From contig JASANG010001276.1 in the NCBI GenBank assembly GCA_030248215.1, forward strand, positions 124,001 through 188,000: a stretch of DNA of 64,000 nt, given 5' to 3'. Under the pieces are notes generated by a model. That model worked only from the letters and a program-made list of their open reading frames with translations, was not told where the DNA came from and did not search any database. Of this stretch, positions 1 to 14,100 are shown one piece after another. Source of the stretch: Enoplolaimus lenunculus (lineage: Eukaryota). Each line of letters starts with the position of its first letter. The stretch's first letter is position 1. The position numbers and the translations under genes are program-made.

Positions 1-807
1 GCTCCAAACAACTGCCGGCTTACGGGTCAGACATAAAGGGGTAAAATGTCCAAACAGATTTTTTACAAATAATGAACACCGGAACGTGATAATAAGCGTG
101 TATTTTGTGTTGAGTTTGCGCGAAAAATGGCATTTGGAGGGCGTAATCAAACCAATAGTGCATCAAAAAAAATTTTGAAAACGAACCAATAACAGTCAGT
201 TGCTTTCAGCGCATTCTATAAAAACATATACCAGCTGATTGAGTCAATATTTTGTGTTTTATGTTTATACCTGGTAAAGAAACATTTTTCTTTGGCAAAA
301 TGTGAATGTTAACAAATTTACCATACGTTCTGATTTGATTAATTATGCACTACGAACTCGTTTCTATTAACTTTTATGGTATAGAACCAATTGAAAATCA
401 TATGCTGCTAACTGGTCACTCATGGGAAAAGTAGGCTAAACATGTTACCTATTTAAGAACAAGAGCAGATGAGATCAGTTTGAATCAAAAGTATGCAACA
501 CAATGCAAAGTGTTTAACAGTTTATATACGAATGTGCAGTACACAATCTTAAGAAAGACAGGCAAACCAAAAAAGGTAGGCCATCAAGATTGTATAGCTA
601 AGTGATGATGGTAAATGCTTCGCATCTGCATGCCTTGTGGTTCGAATCCGAGGCTAGTGAAATAACAAAATATCCATGCGAGAATAGGTCACTGTTGCGT
701 TATACTCGCCGCGCGCTGCAAGACTCCGCCACTCACCGCCGAATACCACTGCGTGTCACCAAATAGATTTTGCCTATATTTTTGTGAGCAACGTATAGCG
801 TTGTCAC

Positions 808-2648
808 TAGTGATGGGCAACGAATATTTTTTCATATCCGGATATCCGGCAATTCTTGCCAGATATTTATCCAGATATCCGGATATCCGTATATATCCGG
901 ATATCCGAAATGAAATTTTCTATTTCGGATATCCGAAACTCAATTTTGTGTTTTTTGAGTTTCCGAACCTCAATTTTCGTTTCTTAACCTCTTGTTTTAA
1001 CTTGTTGCTCAAAAGGAAGTACCCTGACCCTCAAGCAAATTGATATGAGCATAAAAGATACAATTTTAAAAATCGGTATTTATTATCCCAGTACTGTAGT
1101 GACCAGAATAAGAGGCAGTACCCAGTTACCAATTTAGAGTCCCAATCAATAGGAGTCAGTCCCTAAACCCTAATCAGAGTCCATAAATGTCAATTTTTCC
1201 TAATTGTAGCGCATAAATGGCTCCAGAACCAAATAAAGGTCAGTTCAAGACTTTGAAGCGTACTTAAGTTTTCAAAGTACGTTCCTAAACCTTGCATTAT
1301 GGCTAAAGCTTTTGATACAAGGCAAATAAACATTCAATTCAAGGGTTAGTTACAATACCGCATATGTGTAACGAAGTGTGGCGGAGGACGGGATAAAAAT
1401 AAATAACAGTCCGTAACCGAATAACAGGGGGTACCCTCTGGAGAGGTCAAATAAATATCAGTCCCCCCTCTTATTCGGGTCACTCACTACAATACCTCAA
1501 TAGTTCTGGGTATTCAGTTTAGAAGATTGCTACAGACTACTAAATAAATACTTGCGTTGACAACTTAAAATTGAGTTGATTTGGCTTGTCCTTTGCCTTA
1601 TTTAAACCTCTGCAATAAGGATTCCATCGAATATAACCTTTTCCTCGAAATATATATATACTTGAATCGTTTTAGTTCCAAGAACAAAGAACCAGATTGA
1701 AATACACTTACGCTAAGTCGTACAAACGTCAGCCCGTTTTATACTGGTGTCGCGCTTTCAGCAGCGGATACAGAAATTTCTAAATGGGCCTGATGGTAAA
1801 TATTTTGAAACGCAATTTTTTTCCAAAAATTTTCTCAGCGGGAAAATTGTAAGGTAGGACACTATTTTATAACGAAAGTATTATGATGAGTAGACAAATT
1901 GTAAGGTAATGAATGACCATATCATTTTATCACAAAAAATTTATGTGGGGAGGGGGACAAATTGTAAGGTAGGGGTCCTTAGATATTTTTCTTGTCCGGA
2001 CCGGATATCCGGTGTTCATCTGTAGTCTGTATCATACTGTTGTCAGTAAACTTGCTATTATCATTCTCGGATACACGAAGTGTTAACTCAGAAAAACTTT
2101 GTGTTAAATAAAACCTCTAAAACGTCCCAGAGGTAAATTAGCGTTGCATTGAAATACGGATAAAGCTAGACCTTTGTGAAACCCAGCCGTATATCGAATT
2201 CTACAGAAACTCAGGCCCATGTTACTTTTATGGCCGTACAGGTTTCTATTATTACAATTTTTGCTTAGGTTTAAGGATACGTTTAATCTGTTACGCCCCT
2301 AAAAGTAACAATCTCCGAAATTCAATAAAGGCCACACCATACAAAGTCATTTTACCTATAAACACTAATCTGAAGTTTTTGAATATGGGTAAGTTTTAGT
2401 TAAGAAATAAAGATTTTGAATCATCATGGAACAATTATGCAAGAATGTGGTTTAATATTGTGACTGAGGTTTGGATACAGAATTTTTTCATCAGCTCCAG
2501 CTACTTTGGTGGTGAAACCATGCAAATTATTCCAAAAAATTTTTTAGACAAAAGCATTTTGGATATCCGGCGGATATCCGGATACACGTTTCATTTCGGA
2601 TACATATCCGGATATTTTTCATATCCGGATATCCGCTGCCCATCTATA
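808..2648. mobile_element. hAT-type MITE with GGATATCC repeats, containing nested insertions
   Basis: Termini TAGTGATGGGC / GCCCATCTATA. Exact 8-bp TSD GTTGTCAC at 800-807 and 2649-2656. Confidence 0.75.
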
Positions 2649-4292
2649 GTTGTCACCACTGTTGGTTTTTTCACAAAATTCCTCGAAATAGACTTTAAAA
2701 ATGGGTATATTTATGCATAGATATAAATATGTGTTGTAATGTTATATCTTGCTTCAAATCCTCAAATTTTTAAAGTGTGACTGTCTACTGTCATGACACC
2801 TTTCTACAGACTCAAGACAAAGTAATATATGCGGATGACTAACACTCTCTGCACTGTATCTAATGCAGTATTCACGTTATAACCGGTTCAGGCAAACCAC
2901 CGCTCTCAGAAGACCAATGTGTACAAGAGTCGGCATGTCACGTGATACTGAGAGACATTTATGCGAATATCACGATATTCCAAAATTTACAACGATTATC
3001 ATGTGATATTCAGCGGGACAGTGTAAATCTTCGGGTGCGAATAAATTGATGGTAAGTCGGACGGCAGAGGCACGCATGTACGAAAAATACCAAATACACG
3101 TCTGCGAATCCATTTTCCACACAAAATCGCTTAGAAAACCACTGTCATAATTCAAAAATTCAAATTTCAAATTCTAGTATCATATGATATTCAACGGGAC
3201 AATTTGGGTATCTTACCTCAAGTATGCAGACATTTGAAAATATATCATATGATATTCGCTGAAAATACGTCAAATAGCATATGACATTGAAGGAAAAAAG
3301 ATAATCTACACATGATGATAGCAGACAAAAACGACTTTTTGAATCATATCGGGTCTATTAGACAAAAAGCAACCCAATAGGCTAATAGGGACAAACGTGT
3401 TCCAAGCTGCCCCGGTTATAACGTGAACCCCACATATTTCAAGTTACAGCGCTGTTGTGCACCCCAGACGAATTGAACAGACTGAGCGATTTTTACATTT
3501 CCGAAAACATTAGTGAAGTCGAGAATGGCGCAACACGGCGCCGATATATATTTCCATTTCAGTTGTATGGCTTGCCAGCAAGGTACTTCCGGAGGTGAAA
3601 AATACCGGAGCCGGAGGGAAGGCGAAATTAGGAGTAAAAATGATGGTTAAAAGTAAAACGAAACGCGCTAACCAGATAAATTTAGCAAAAATTATATACA
3701 AAACTTCACAACCAAGTGAAAACATTTTTCCGAAGTTGTCGCGACCAGAGCGAGACTTTACTCGCAGGTAAACGCGGGTCGGGTAAAAATTCTCAGCAAG
3801 CAAAAAATTAGCCTAAATCTTTATCCTGGTTTGCGAACCTCACCTATAAACCTCTAACATTCCATACTGTATTAAGGAATGTGCAGGCGTCTGAATTTCC
3901 AGTTTTCCCAGCGAAAAATATACTTGAGAATTTTTCAACAAAACCAACGGAATTCCTAGCTGTCAATAAACGCATGGCCGCGCCGCACTCCTGGCCATAA
4001 AGTACCGGTCCCAATATATCGGCTGAACGCTAATGTGGAGATCTCGCTGAACAGCAGCTAAAACAAAATCATGCCATAATACGTTGAGCTCTGATTACAG
4101 GCTGGTAGATTAACGGTTTCAAACAGCTGTATTCAATGTTTGCTAACTCGGGAAAAACCTTCAATGACGCTGGGCCCATGTATAGAACAGGGCCGGAACG
4201 TTTTCCTTCGGGACTGTAACAGAGTAATAAGCTCAAGCTTTAGCCTATTTTTTTTTGCTTAGGTTTAGATATAAGCTCATCCTTACGCTTAT

Positions 4293-4901
4293 GCGGGGTT
4301 CACGTTATAACTGGGGCAGCCTGGAACACGTTTTGTCTCTATGACTATACCTGGTAACATTTTGTCTGACCGTTTATCCGCTGAGATTCAAAAAATTTGA
4401 ATTGTCTGCTATCCTGATGTGACATCTACTGTTTGTACTGCAATATCATATGATATTCCAAATATTGTCTGCGAGTATCATATGATATGTTTGAAAATGT
4501 CTGCAAAGTTGTGGTAAACGAGCTTGATTGTAATGTAGAATGTCATATGATACTAAAATTTCAAATTTGAATTATTTGTACTTAGGAATATATTTTGGGA
4601 AAAACTTAGCGAGAAACAGAACGGTAGATGCTAATTCAACTTGCGAAATCATTTAATGCTGCATTATCCGACTTTTTACTGTTTTATTTAGCGTGCAGAA
4701 ATTCCATAGAATTTTGGAATGTCATATGATATTCGCATAAATGTCCCGCAGTATGATATGACAAGTGATTTGTAAGCCAATGTCATATGACATTCACATT
4801 TTGTCTACATAACCGCTATTCGGATCACAATTTTATTTTGACGTCGAATCAACTTGGACAAAACGTGTTCCAAGCTGCCCCAGTTATAACGTGAACGCCG
4901 C
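4293..4901. mobile_element. MITE with long TIRs (Harbinger-like, TTA target); related copy at about 2872-3432
   Basis: The left end GCGGGGTTCACGTTATAACTGGGGCAGC.TGGAACACGTTTTGTC is mirrored at the right end. Internal ATCATATGATATTC repeats. It is nested in a GGCCCATG-type MITE (about 4173-4957). Confidence 0.6.
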
Positions 4902-6025
4902 ATTAGGCTTAGGAATACGCGTATACTACTGTTGCGGTCATTTTCTATACATGGGCCACGCTGCTGTATGCTTGCTCTATAGGCAAACTCATTAAAACAT
5001 GATTTATTCAAGTCATCAAGAGACGAGAGTATACTGATGTAAAAATAATTTGATACAATTTCATTTTGTTAACGGTGAGCATAGCATATATACAAAATGT
5101 AACCCACCCTCGACGCCCTTCGTTACTGATATATATTCGGTATTGCAAAAGTATCAGTTGAATTAAACATAGGAGGTGTTTAGGGACTCAAACAGTTGAA
5201 ATTTTCAAACACCATTCCATGAGAACGCTAATTTAAAAAATAGGCACTCGCATGAATTTGGACACACGTCGACTAAATTGCATTTACCGAAAGGACCCCA
5301 AATAAGTTTTTGAAATAAAATAATCATTATATAATTCAAGCATATAAATGAAACTTTATAAAAACATTAAAAATGTAAAGCGTGTACAGATAAAATATAA
5401 ATTCGGTGAGACATAAAAGAACAATTATAGCATGCAAAAATGCATCATTTAAAATGGGTCCATGTTACTGTTAGGGCCGTCCCGGTGGTTCTTGGTGGAA
5501 CAGTAATAGAGTAGGCTCAGGTTTTAGACATTTTTTGCTTAGGCTTTAGGCTTAGGAATATGCGTTATCTACTGTCACGACCGTAAAAGTAACATTGGAC
5601 TAAAACGGTATGAACCTTAAACAACATTTACACTATAATAAATACAAACGAACACAGGTTACTGCATAAAATTGATATAAGTGCATACTAAATGATAACG
5701 ATTTTAAATGGTTTAATATTATATCGTCAAACGCAACATAAATCAGACAAGTGAGTTTGCTTCGCAATTACAATCTAAAGGCTTTTGAATTTTGACCCAC
5801 CTTATAGAAACAGCACAATGGAATTCAGAATATACAAAAACTATAAAACTTGGTTGTTTACATAAGCTCACGACTGACAGTGTGTAGTAACTCGCGTAGA
5901 TATTACTAAAACATGCACTGAAAATAATATAAACAGTCATTTGATTTTTACAACATATTCCAAAATTCAGCCGTCAGAATCAATAACATTGCAAGAAATA
6001 ATAATAATAATAATAAATAATAATA

Positions 6026-7303
6026 ACCAGTCGTAGTGGGACTACATTTATTGAGCGAAGCTCAAACACACGTAAGCAATTAAGGTAATATGTAAATTAC
6101 TTATTAGCTAACTATTCATTTATCGGTTTTGGAGGTTTGTAAGCAATTTCCTCGGATTCCTCGCACCCAAAACCCCTCAGCCACCCTAATAATTATTGTA
6201 ATAATTTAAAAAGTCCTAATTTTGTCTCGTCAATTAAGCAAACATGCAAATTATGTATTAGCTAACTATTTGACAATTGCTTTTAAAGGTCTTTAGATAA
6301 TTTATTCAGATTCCTCGTACCCAAAAACCCATTATTGCTGAAATTAGATTGTTTGTAACCCTAATAATTAGTGAAACATTGTAAAAACGCCTAATTTAGG
6401 CTTATCAATTATAGTTATATGCAAATTATCTATTAGCTAACTACTCAACTATCGTTTTTCGGTTTTAGACGTTTGTAAACAATTTATTCAGATTCCTCGC
6501 ACCAAAACCTTCAGTAAACCCTAATAATTATTGAAATAATTTAAAAAGTCGTAATTTTGTCTTGTCAATTAAGCTAATATGCAAAAAAGCTATTAGCTAA
6601 CTATTCAATTATCGGTTTTGGAGGTTTGTAAACAATTTATTCTGATTCTTCGCCCCCAAAAACCTTCAGTAAACCCTAATATTTATTGAAATAATTCAAA
6701 AAGTCCTGCTTTTGTCTTGTCAATTAAGCTAATATGTAAATTAGCTATTAGCTAACTATTCAATTATCGGTTTGGGATGCTTGTAAACAATTTATTCAAA
6801 TTCCTCGCACCTAAAAACCCTTTATTGCTGAAATTATACTGCTTTTAACCTTAATAATTAGTGAAATATTGTAAGAAGTGCTAATTTAGGCTTACAAACT
6901 ATGCTAATATGCAAATTATCCATTAGCTAACAACGCAATTATCAGTTTTGGAGGTTAAACAGTCTACGGAGATTTCTCGCACCCGAAAACCCTTTAATGC
7001 TAAAATTAGATTGCTTCTAACTGAAATAATTAGTGAAATATCGTAGAAAGTCCTAATTTAGGCTTAATTATTTATGCAAATTAGCCTGTAGCTAGTAGAC
7101 AGCTTAAAATTTTAAAACCCCAATGCGAGGTTAACACCCCAGGAAAATTGGCTTTCAAACAAAAAAAGTTTATCAAAATCGGTTCAGCCGTTCCTGAGAT
7201 TCTTTTCGGACGGACGGACATCCACCTTTCGACCCCCAAGTACAAAACATAAAACGCTTCGCGAAACTCCGAGCTTCGCTCGGAGTTTCGCTTCGCTCAA
7301 TAA
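6026..7303 (-). mobile_element. DINE-1/HINE-like non-autonomous Helentron-type element, copy 1
   Basis: Subterminal inverted repeats TTATTGAGCGAAG / CTTCGCTCAATAA, a palindrome CTCCGAGCTTCGCTCGGAG next to one of them, a (GGAC)n microsatellite, central tandem repeats of about 120-140 bp, and a short terminal hairpin GTAGTGGGACTAC. It is the reverse complement of 33798-34754. Confidence 0.7.
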
Positions 7304-8143
7304 TAATAAAATAATTAGCGGCACCGTTCTATTTCACTCAGGGTTTTTATAAAATATACAAACTTCTAAACCCACAGAATCTTGCGTACCAACTAAAATT
7401 CAAAATATCAACTGGTTACTATCAAATTTTGTATATAACCACAACACTAACTTCTTGTAGCACTTTTTACAGTTTTGCAGTACACGTATATGGTTAGCAA
7501 AATTTGAACATTTGAACAAGCATCACATCCAAACAAAATACAATTATTATCAGTAACAGTTTTTCACCTCTTGAAACTTCGCGATAGGTAAAATGTAAGT
7601 AAAATGTAAGTGAATAATATAGTTTCAGTTTCCACTGAAAACAAAAGGTACCTGGTTAAAAATACATATTTTGTACGAAATGAATTTGGCAAGTAAAATG
7701 TACTAAAATGGGCTGAAAATTGCTCATACCACAACTCTGCTACAAACTTAAAATCCCTTTTGGAGATACAGGCGCTGCGACTCTCGATTTCGGCTTTAAT
7801 GTAAAATCAACAACAACAGCATACCGCATAATCAAAGAAAGGAAGCTGAACGAAAACAAACTATCAGTATTGAACCGACATATCCGTATCTGTAAAATTG
7901 AAGTGTAAGTATATACACATCGGCATTTTGAAAGCGTATTGATACCGACGGGCGTGAAATGCAAATGACTATCATACTCACCCCCCGAGTAAGTTTAAAT
8001 TTTTCTGTCTGGTCATGGTGTACAAAATTTATAGCGGCATATCGGTTCAACACTAACTAATATCATTGTCTGAATTCATATTCAAAAATATCACAAGCCT
8101 TGGGGACTGATCTAGTAGTCTCAGGAACAAAACCTCTATAACT

Positions 8144-11100
8144 TCAAGACGAATGTAGTGTCAACACCCCCTTAAGCAAATGCGGCTCTTGACGTTGCTC
8201 AGAAACGTCATTTTTCGACTTTACTATTGAACTTCCCCGACCCGCAGTCACTACAATGGATGTGCGCTCCTTTGGTGGCTTAGGAGTCGGCTCTGCTATT
8301 GCTGAAACTAAAAGACTAGGCGAATTTTCATGCACGGTCTGTGCCCGAACAGTTGTTTTAAAAACACTTTGTTCCGATTTGTACAAAGCTTTCAGTTTAC
8401 TACCAGGCTGAAACAGTTTCGCAGGTGGTGACTTTCGAGCTCGTTTCCGACAGCGAGTTGGCTCAGATCCCTGATCCGGCTCTGTGCTAGAAAACTCGCT
8501 TGTATCATTGTAGTTGTGCGAATTACTGTGGTCAATAGAAACCTTTAAAGGAGACGTAGCTACCTCAACCAGTTCGTCACCGTGCTGCGACCGAGTTTCA
8601 ATATCAACCGTACAAGCTTTATCATCCAAACTCTCTGTTTCACAAGCCTGTTTCAATTTCCGCTTTAAAATCGACGGTACAGATCTAAGACACACCTTCT
8701 GTTTTGAGTTCATTGTAGTAACAAGAGGAGTGAACGGTGTCTTAGACAATTCAGCACTACTCTCTGTTCCTGTCTCCAGTACATGTGCCTTAGAACCGTT
8801 CCTCGGTAACTCATTTGTCAAAGTGTCATCAAGACTTACAGACGTACATTCCGTTGAATACGAACTCGCGTTCGAGTGCGTATCATCAAATTCAACTTCG
8901 TTATTTTCACACACTTCCACAAAATCAAAACCATCAAAACTTTCATCAACATCGACCGATCCGTTATCTGTGTTTCCACAACCAGACGTAGCATTCTTCC
9001 TAAAGTTATTTTCCTCACTTTGTTCAGTCACCGAGCAAGCACTGATATTGACTGATGTATGACTGGTTTCACTCTGTGTAGAATGTGGCCTTGAGCTATT
9101 GCAGTCGTCTTCTACTGTTTCAATTTCTGGGTCACAGTGTTTAACCACCGAACAGGCTACTTCGGTATTCCAATTGTCGCAGACTACAGTTTGACAACAT
9201 GACATGACATCAACATTTTTGGGAACACAAAGTTGTACAGCACTGCATTCACGATCAATGCTTTTGAAATGTTTATTCTCAATACTTGGCTTTCTGCCAC
9301 AGCTCAGATCCTCCCGTTTCAGAAGTTCAGTCTGTACAGCCAGAGCTTCACTACCCTCAAGATATGTAACCACAATATTGTCATCACTGGCGGTGTCGTC
9401 GTTCTTAGACAGCAAAATTTTGTCACTGTATTTCTGATGCTTTTCGAACTTTGCAAGGTTGCTATCAGAACTACTGCGGCGCAATGAATGCAAAAATCTG
9501 TCATTCTTTGTGTCAAAAATAATGTAACTGTCATCTTTAGTACCAGCGTGAAGATGCAGTTTACATTCAGCTTTAGCCACAAAATTGCTATCAATTGATA
9601 TGTTAGAATTTGTTTTTTCATACTGCAATCGTCCACAATTTTGGGCTTTTTGCCTAGTAAGATATGCTGAACTTCGCGAATAACGGGCTGGGACAGAGCA
9701 ATTAGTAATATAATTCTTCACAATGTTTTTCACTTTTGCGTTTTGAACTGGAGGCACCAGTTTATAAACTGATCCCTTACAATAATCTGTATGTGAGTTT
9801 CTGTCGGTTTGGTTCAAAAAGGACTTGCCACAATTACTGCAATGCAACAATGTTGCAGTCCCAGAATCATGGAAGCATTCTTCAAATAATCTTTGTATGT
9901 TAAGCAAAATGTGCCCCTGAACACTATCTTTTTTGCCACTGTTGCCGTTTCCTTTCAATTTCTGTTTCACAATATCGTCCAATTCACAAATACTTCGCGT
10001 CGACGTAGTACTGTGCGATGTGTGCTGCCCATCAAAGGCAGGTTCGACCAGTTTTACACACTCCAAATCGCTTGAAACACTGTCTTTTGCTGTGAGAGGG
10101 CCACTTAGCGCAATTTGTTCTGTAGGCACTGTATTTTTTGATTCCATAGCCTGTTTACCAAAATCTGTTTCTGCAGAACTAAGTCTAGGCAAACATACGG
10201 ATATCGGGGCGGAACCAGCAGTAAATCCATTACCGGAATCAAAGTGATGTGTTTTCATTAAATGCCTACGAACGGCCCTACTCCCGTTAAAATTGGATTT
10301 CGGGCAAAGCATGCACCGAGTTAGCTTTTTGTCAGCTTGGTTTGGAAGGTTCCATACAGCTTTCTCCACATGTGGCAGGTCAGAATGATAAAAACTCATG
10401 TGGAACGCTAAATGTCTGATGTTTTTAAACCGAATCGGCCAGCTCTGTTTTGAGGAAGACGAGCAAACCATACACATTGCTGGGTTCAACTCAATTACAG
10501 AGTTGTAATATTTAAGCAATCTGTTACACGTATTCACATCGCTTATGCTGTATCGACATAGAGCATCACTCTTTTGCGCAGAAATATTGTCTGCTTTATA
10601 ACATTTACTTACACGTGAATCCGCATTTTTATCGGAATTTACTTCATCACCTCTTTCTATCTTTTTGGAAGGCGGGAACGCACGTAAACTCATTTTATGT
10701 ACGGCACCCGGGGGCCTCATTCTCCTACGTCTAAGTGATAATGCATCGGGTTCCTCGGGCATCACCATTACCACTGATTCTGGCTCCTTCATATTCGCAG
10801 CTTGCTCAGTTGTTTTAGGCGGGCTTTCAGGACGAACAAGTATTTTTTCAGTAACATCACCGCTAACAGATTCCAACAAACAACTAATTGACTCACGGAT
10901 AGCATCATCACAACGGTCTTGGGCAGAAATTTCATGCAATTCATGTTCTGCAGTTTTGGTTACTTGACCAGCGTCTGTGTCGAGAGACGACAGTTCAACG
11001 AACGCAGACAAATTATTCAACTTTTCTGCAAACACATTACCGCTAAAGTTTTGACCAGTTTCCTTGCGAATCCCACAACGTTCTGCTGCTTTTGATTTTG

Positions 11101-14100
11101 GCACGGTGGAGTTGGGTATTTGAGGAGATGCCGAAACGTCAGTAGATTTACCGTCGCCGGTATACAAGCATTTTTGAACACGCGCAACCAAATTCGCACG
11201 ACCGTTTCGTAGCTGAATCACGCGCCGTGTACGTCTGTTAAAATGTGAAACACGTCCTATAGCGCTATTATGTAACTGTTGTCGCGTCCTATCCAATCCT
11301 GCACCTGAACTTACAGACGCACATGACGTGGTTGGTTGAATTGGCGATGGCGATATACCAAAACATGGCTTTGATTCTTTCGACTCCGCTGCTAAATATA
11401 TAATAATATTAAATCACACCTCACATGTACACACAGTTGAAAAGGAATAACAAATTAACGTTTCCATATTAAAAGGCAGAACACAATAGCAAGATTTTTG
11501 ATACCGACAACAGATGGTCAATAAAAACATAGAGTTGTTTTTTCTGCAAAATAAATTTTCCAATTTTTTTCGTAAAAAATGAAAAAAATTATTTCCTTGT
11601 CTGAGTGAATTCTTTGCGTTAGTATCCCTTAGTACGATCAGCAGAGATGGGCGATCGCGGTTAAAAACCGAGACAGCGATCTGACTACCGAGACCGGCCA
11701 AGAAATGTCTCGGTCAATTTTTGCCATCAACTAAAAAATTAAAATTTTCAAAATATGACTAATACTGTTTTCGTAGTTTTTTTGTAGTTTTTATAGTTTT
11801 TTCGTGTTTTTCAAAACTTTTTTTGCGTTTTTTGAATATCTGCTTATATTTATTGCGTAACTACTAAATTTTATAATCTCGCAGAAAAATTTTATTCATA
11901 AGCCTTCACTTCCTTCAACAATACAGTCACACGTTTGCTGAATCCTCGACTTCTAGTCTCGGTTCCAAACCACCGAGACTCAAAAAAGCGAGACCGACAC
12001 CTGCCAAATACCGAAGCTTGCCGAGATAGAGAGTCCCATCTCTGACGGTCAAAGATAACAATTTATCTCAAAGAAGATATGATCATGATGTATGCAAAAA
12101 AGTTAATTGTCATTAAAGCAAGAAATGAAAGGCAGTAGCTTATTGCCATTGCAGGCGTAGTATGCCGGAATTCATGTATTTTCGCGGTTATCCTACCACG
12201 GCCGGCATTTGCCAAAATGGTTGGATTTTGAAAATATTTGCATATTTGAGCTTTCTGATGACCTCATCATTCCACTCCCAAAGTACACCCGTTGGACCCA
12301 AACATGTTTGTTTGTCGAAAAGTTAGACAAATTATATATCACTGGACGCCGCTTGCTAAGCTGAGTCGAACAGAGTAAAATTTTATGCAATGAAAAGTTT
12401 GATTAAAGATTTGTTATCAAATAACTGATTTGGAGCGACGCCAAATTTAGTTATTTGACCATTACTCATTTGCCAGTCGTCTGATTGCGGACACTATTCG
12501 ACTCATCTCCACACGCTGCGTCGAATGGTATATAATTTGCTTAACTTTTGACAGAAAAATTTTTCGGTCGGAAAGGGGGCCTTGGGATCTTAAATCATTG
12601 AATTTTTCCAAAATTATAATTTGGACGTGGAATGATTAGAGTAAGCCATCAGAAGCTCATGAGTGGAGCGAGCTAAACTAGTCACACGTGATTTTGTAAG
12701 TATACTTATATTAAATCCCAAGACAATTTTTGGGTTCCTTCTAACATCGACATTCATTTTTATAACCTCGTGAGCAACGCCAGCTTGAAGACGGGCGTAC
12801 TGTAGCATTGCTATGACTGGAATTGTTTATAAGACAAAGATTTTCGAAGTTATTGATGTGTAGGGCAGGGCGCAACCGGAATTGCAATTTACCGGAACCG
12901 GAATTTGAAAATTTTACCGGAACCGGAAAGTGAAGAATGCATTTCACCAAAAATTTCATTTTAATCTTATGTTTTGCTCTATTATTTGTGAAATAACCTT
13001 AGTCGAACATAGGTATGTATTTTATTTGTTGTATTTTAGATTTTCGTCGTCGACTGAAGTGAAATCCACCATCAATGGCTTATATTCGGAGTACATGAGT
13101 GGCTTTCAAAAGAGATTCTTAAAAATTAGCAAAGTTAAGAAAACGGCTAAATTATAACACCGGAATTTTTAAATCCGGTAAAAATTTACCGGAACCGGAA
13201 GGTGAAAAAATGCCGGAACCGGAATTCCGGTTGCACCCTGGTGTAGGGATGTGCCAGTTAATCGGCATCGGTAATAATAGGCACTTTTCGTGAGTATCGG
13301 CATTGGCACTACAAAAAATGCCAACTCTTTGCCGATACTTTTTTCATATTACAGTCAGTTCGAATGCTACCGATTTGATTTATGGGCACATATCGTTGTG
13401 TCTGGTCAGGAAACCTGTTATCTTTGCTGCATTTGTGTTTGAAAAAATTAATTGAGTTGAACCGTTCTTATAAAATTATAATCGTTTATGATGGTTAGAG
13501 TTTAAGCCTTCATAGAGCAATGTAATGTAGTATTCTATCTGCTTATTAAACATGGTTCATTAAAGTTGGGATCGGCATCGGCATCGGTAAAATTTCAAAA
13601 TAAGAATCGGCATCGGTATCGGCAAAAATTTTGGTATCGGCACATCCCTATTTAAATGTTCATATAATGATGTAACCAGTATCCTATCTGTTTATTAAGC
13701 ATGGTGTATTAAAGTTGGAATCGGCATCGGTTCGGATTCGGCAAAATTTCAAAATATGAATCAGCATCGGTATCGGCAGAAATTTTGGTAACGAAACGAG
13801 ATGTGCAGATATCGTTTCCAATTTTAATATACGATGCTTCAGAACCGATGGGATACTATATTACATCATTATTAATGCGAAAACATAAATTCTAACCAGC
13901 ATAGACGGTTATAATTTTATGAGAACTGTTCATTTCAATTAATTTTTTCAATCATAACGCAAACGAGATGAAGGACAGTTTCCCTGATTGGACGTACGGT
14001 TATACGCCAGCAAGTGAAATTGATAGCTTTCCAACCAACTGTTAAGTGCACAAACTATCGGCAAAAAATGGAATTTTTTTGCAATGCTGATGCTAATACT

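Noticed and set aside
8514..10967. Plus-strand ORFs overlapping the ZNF800-like large exon; likewise minus-strand ORFs inside gag-pol
   Set aside because: They are antisense shadows of real coding sequence with no recognisable motifs.
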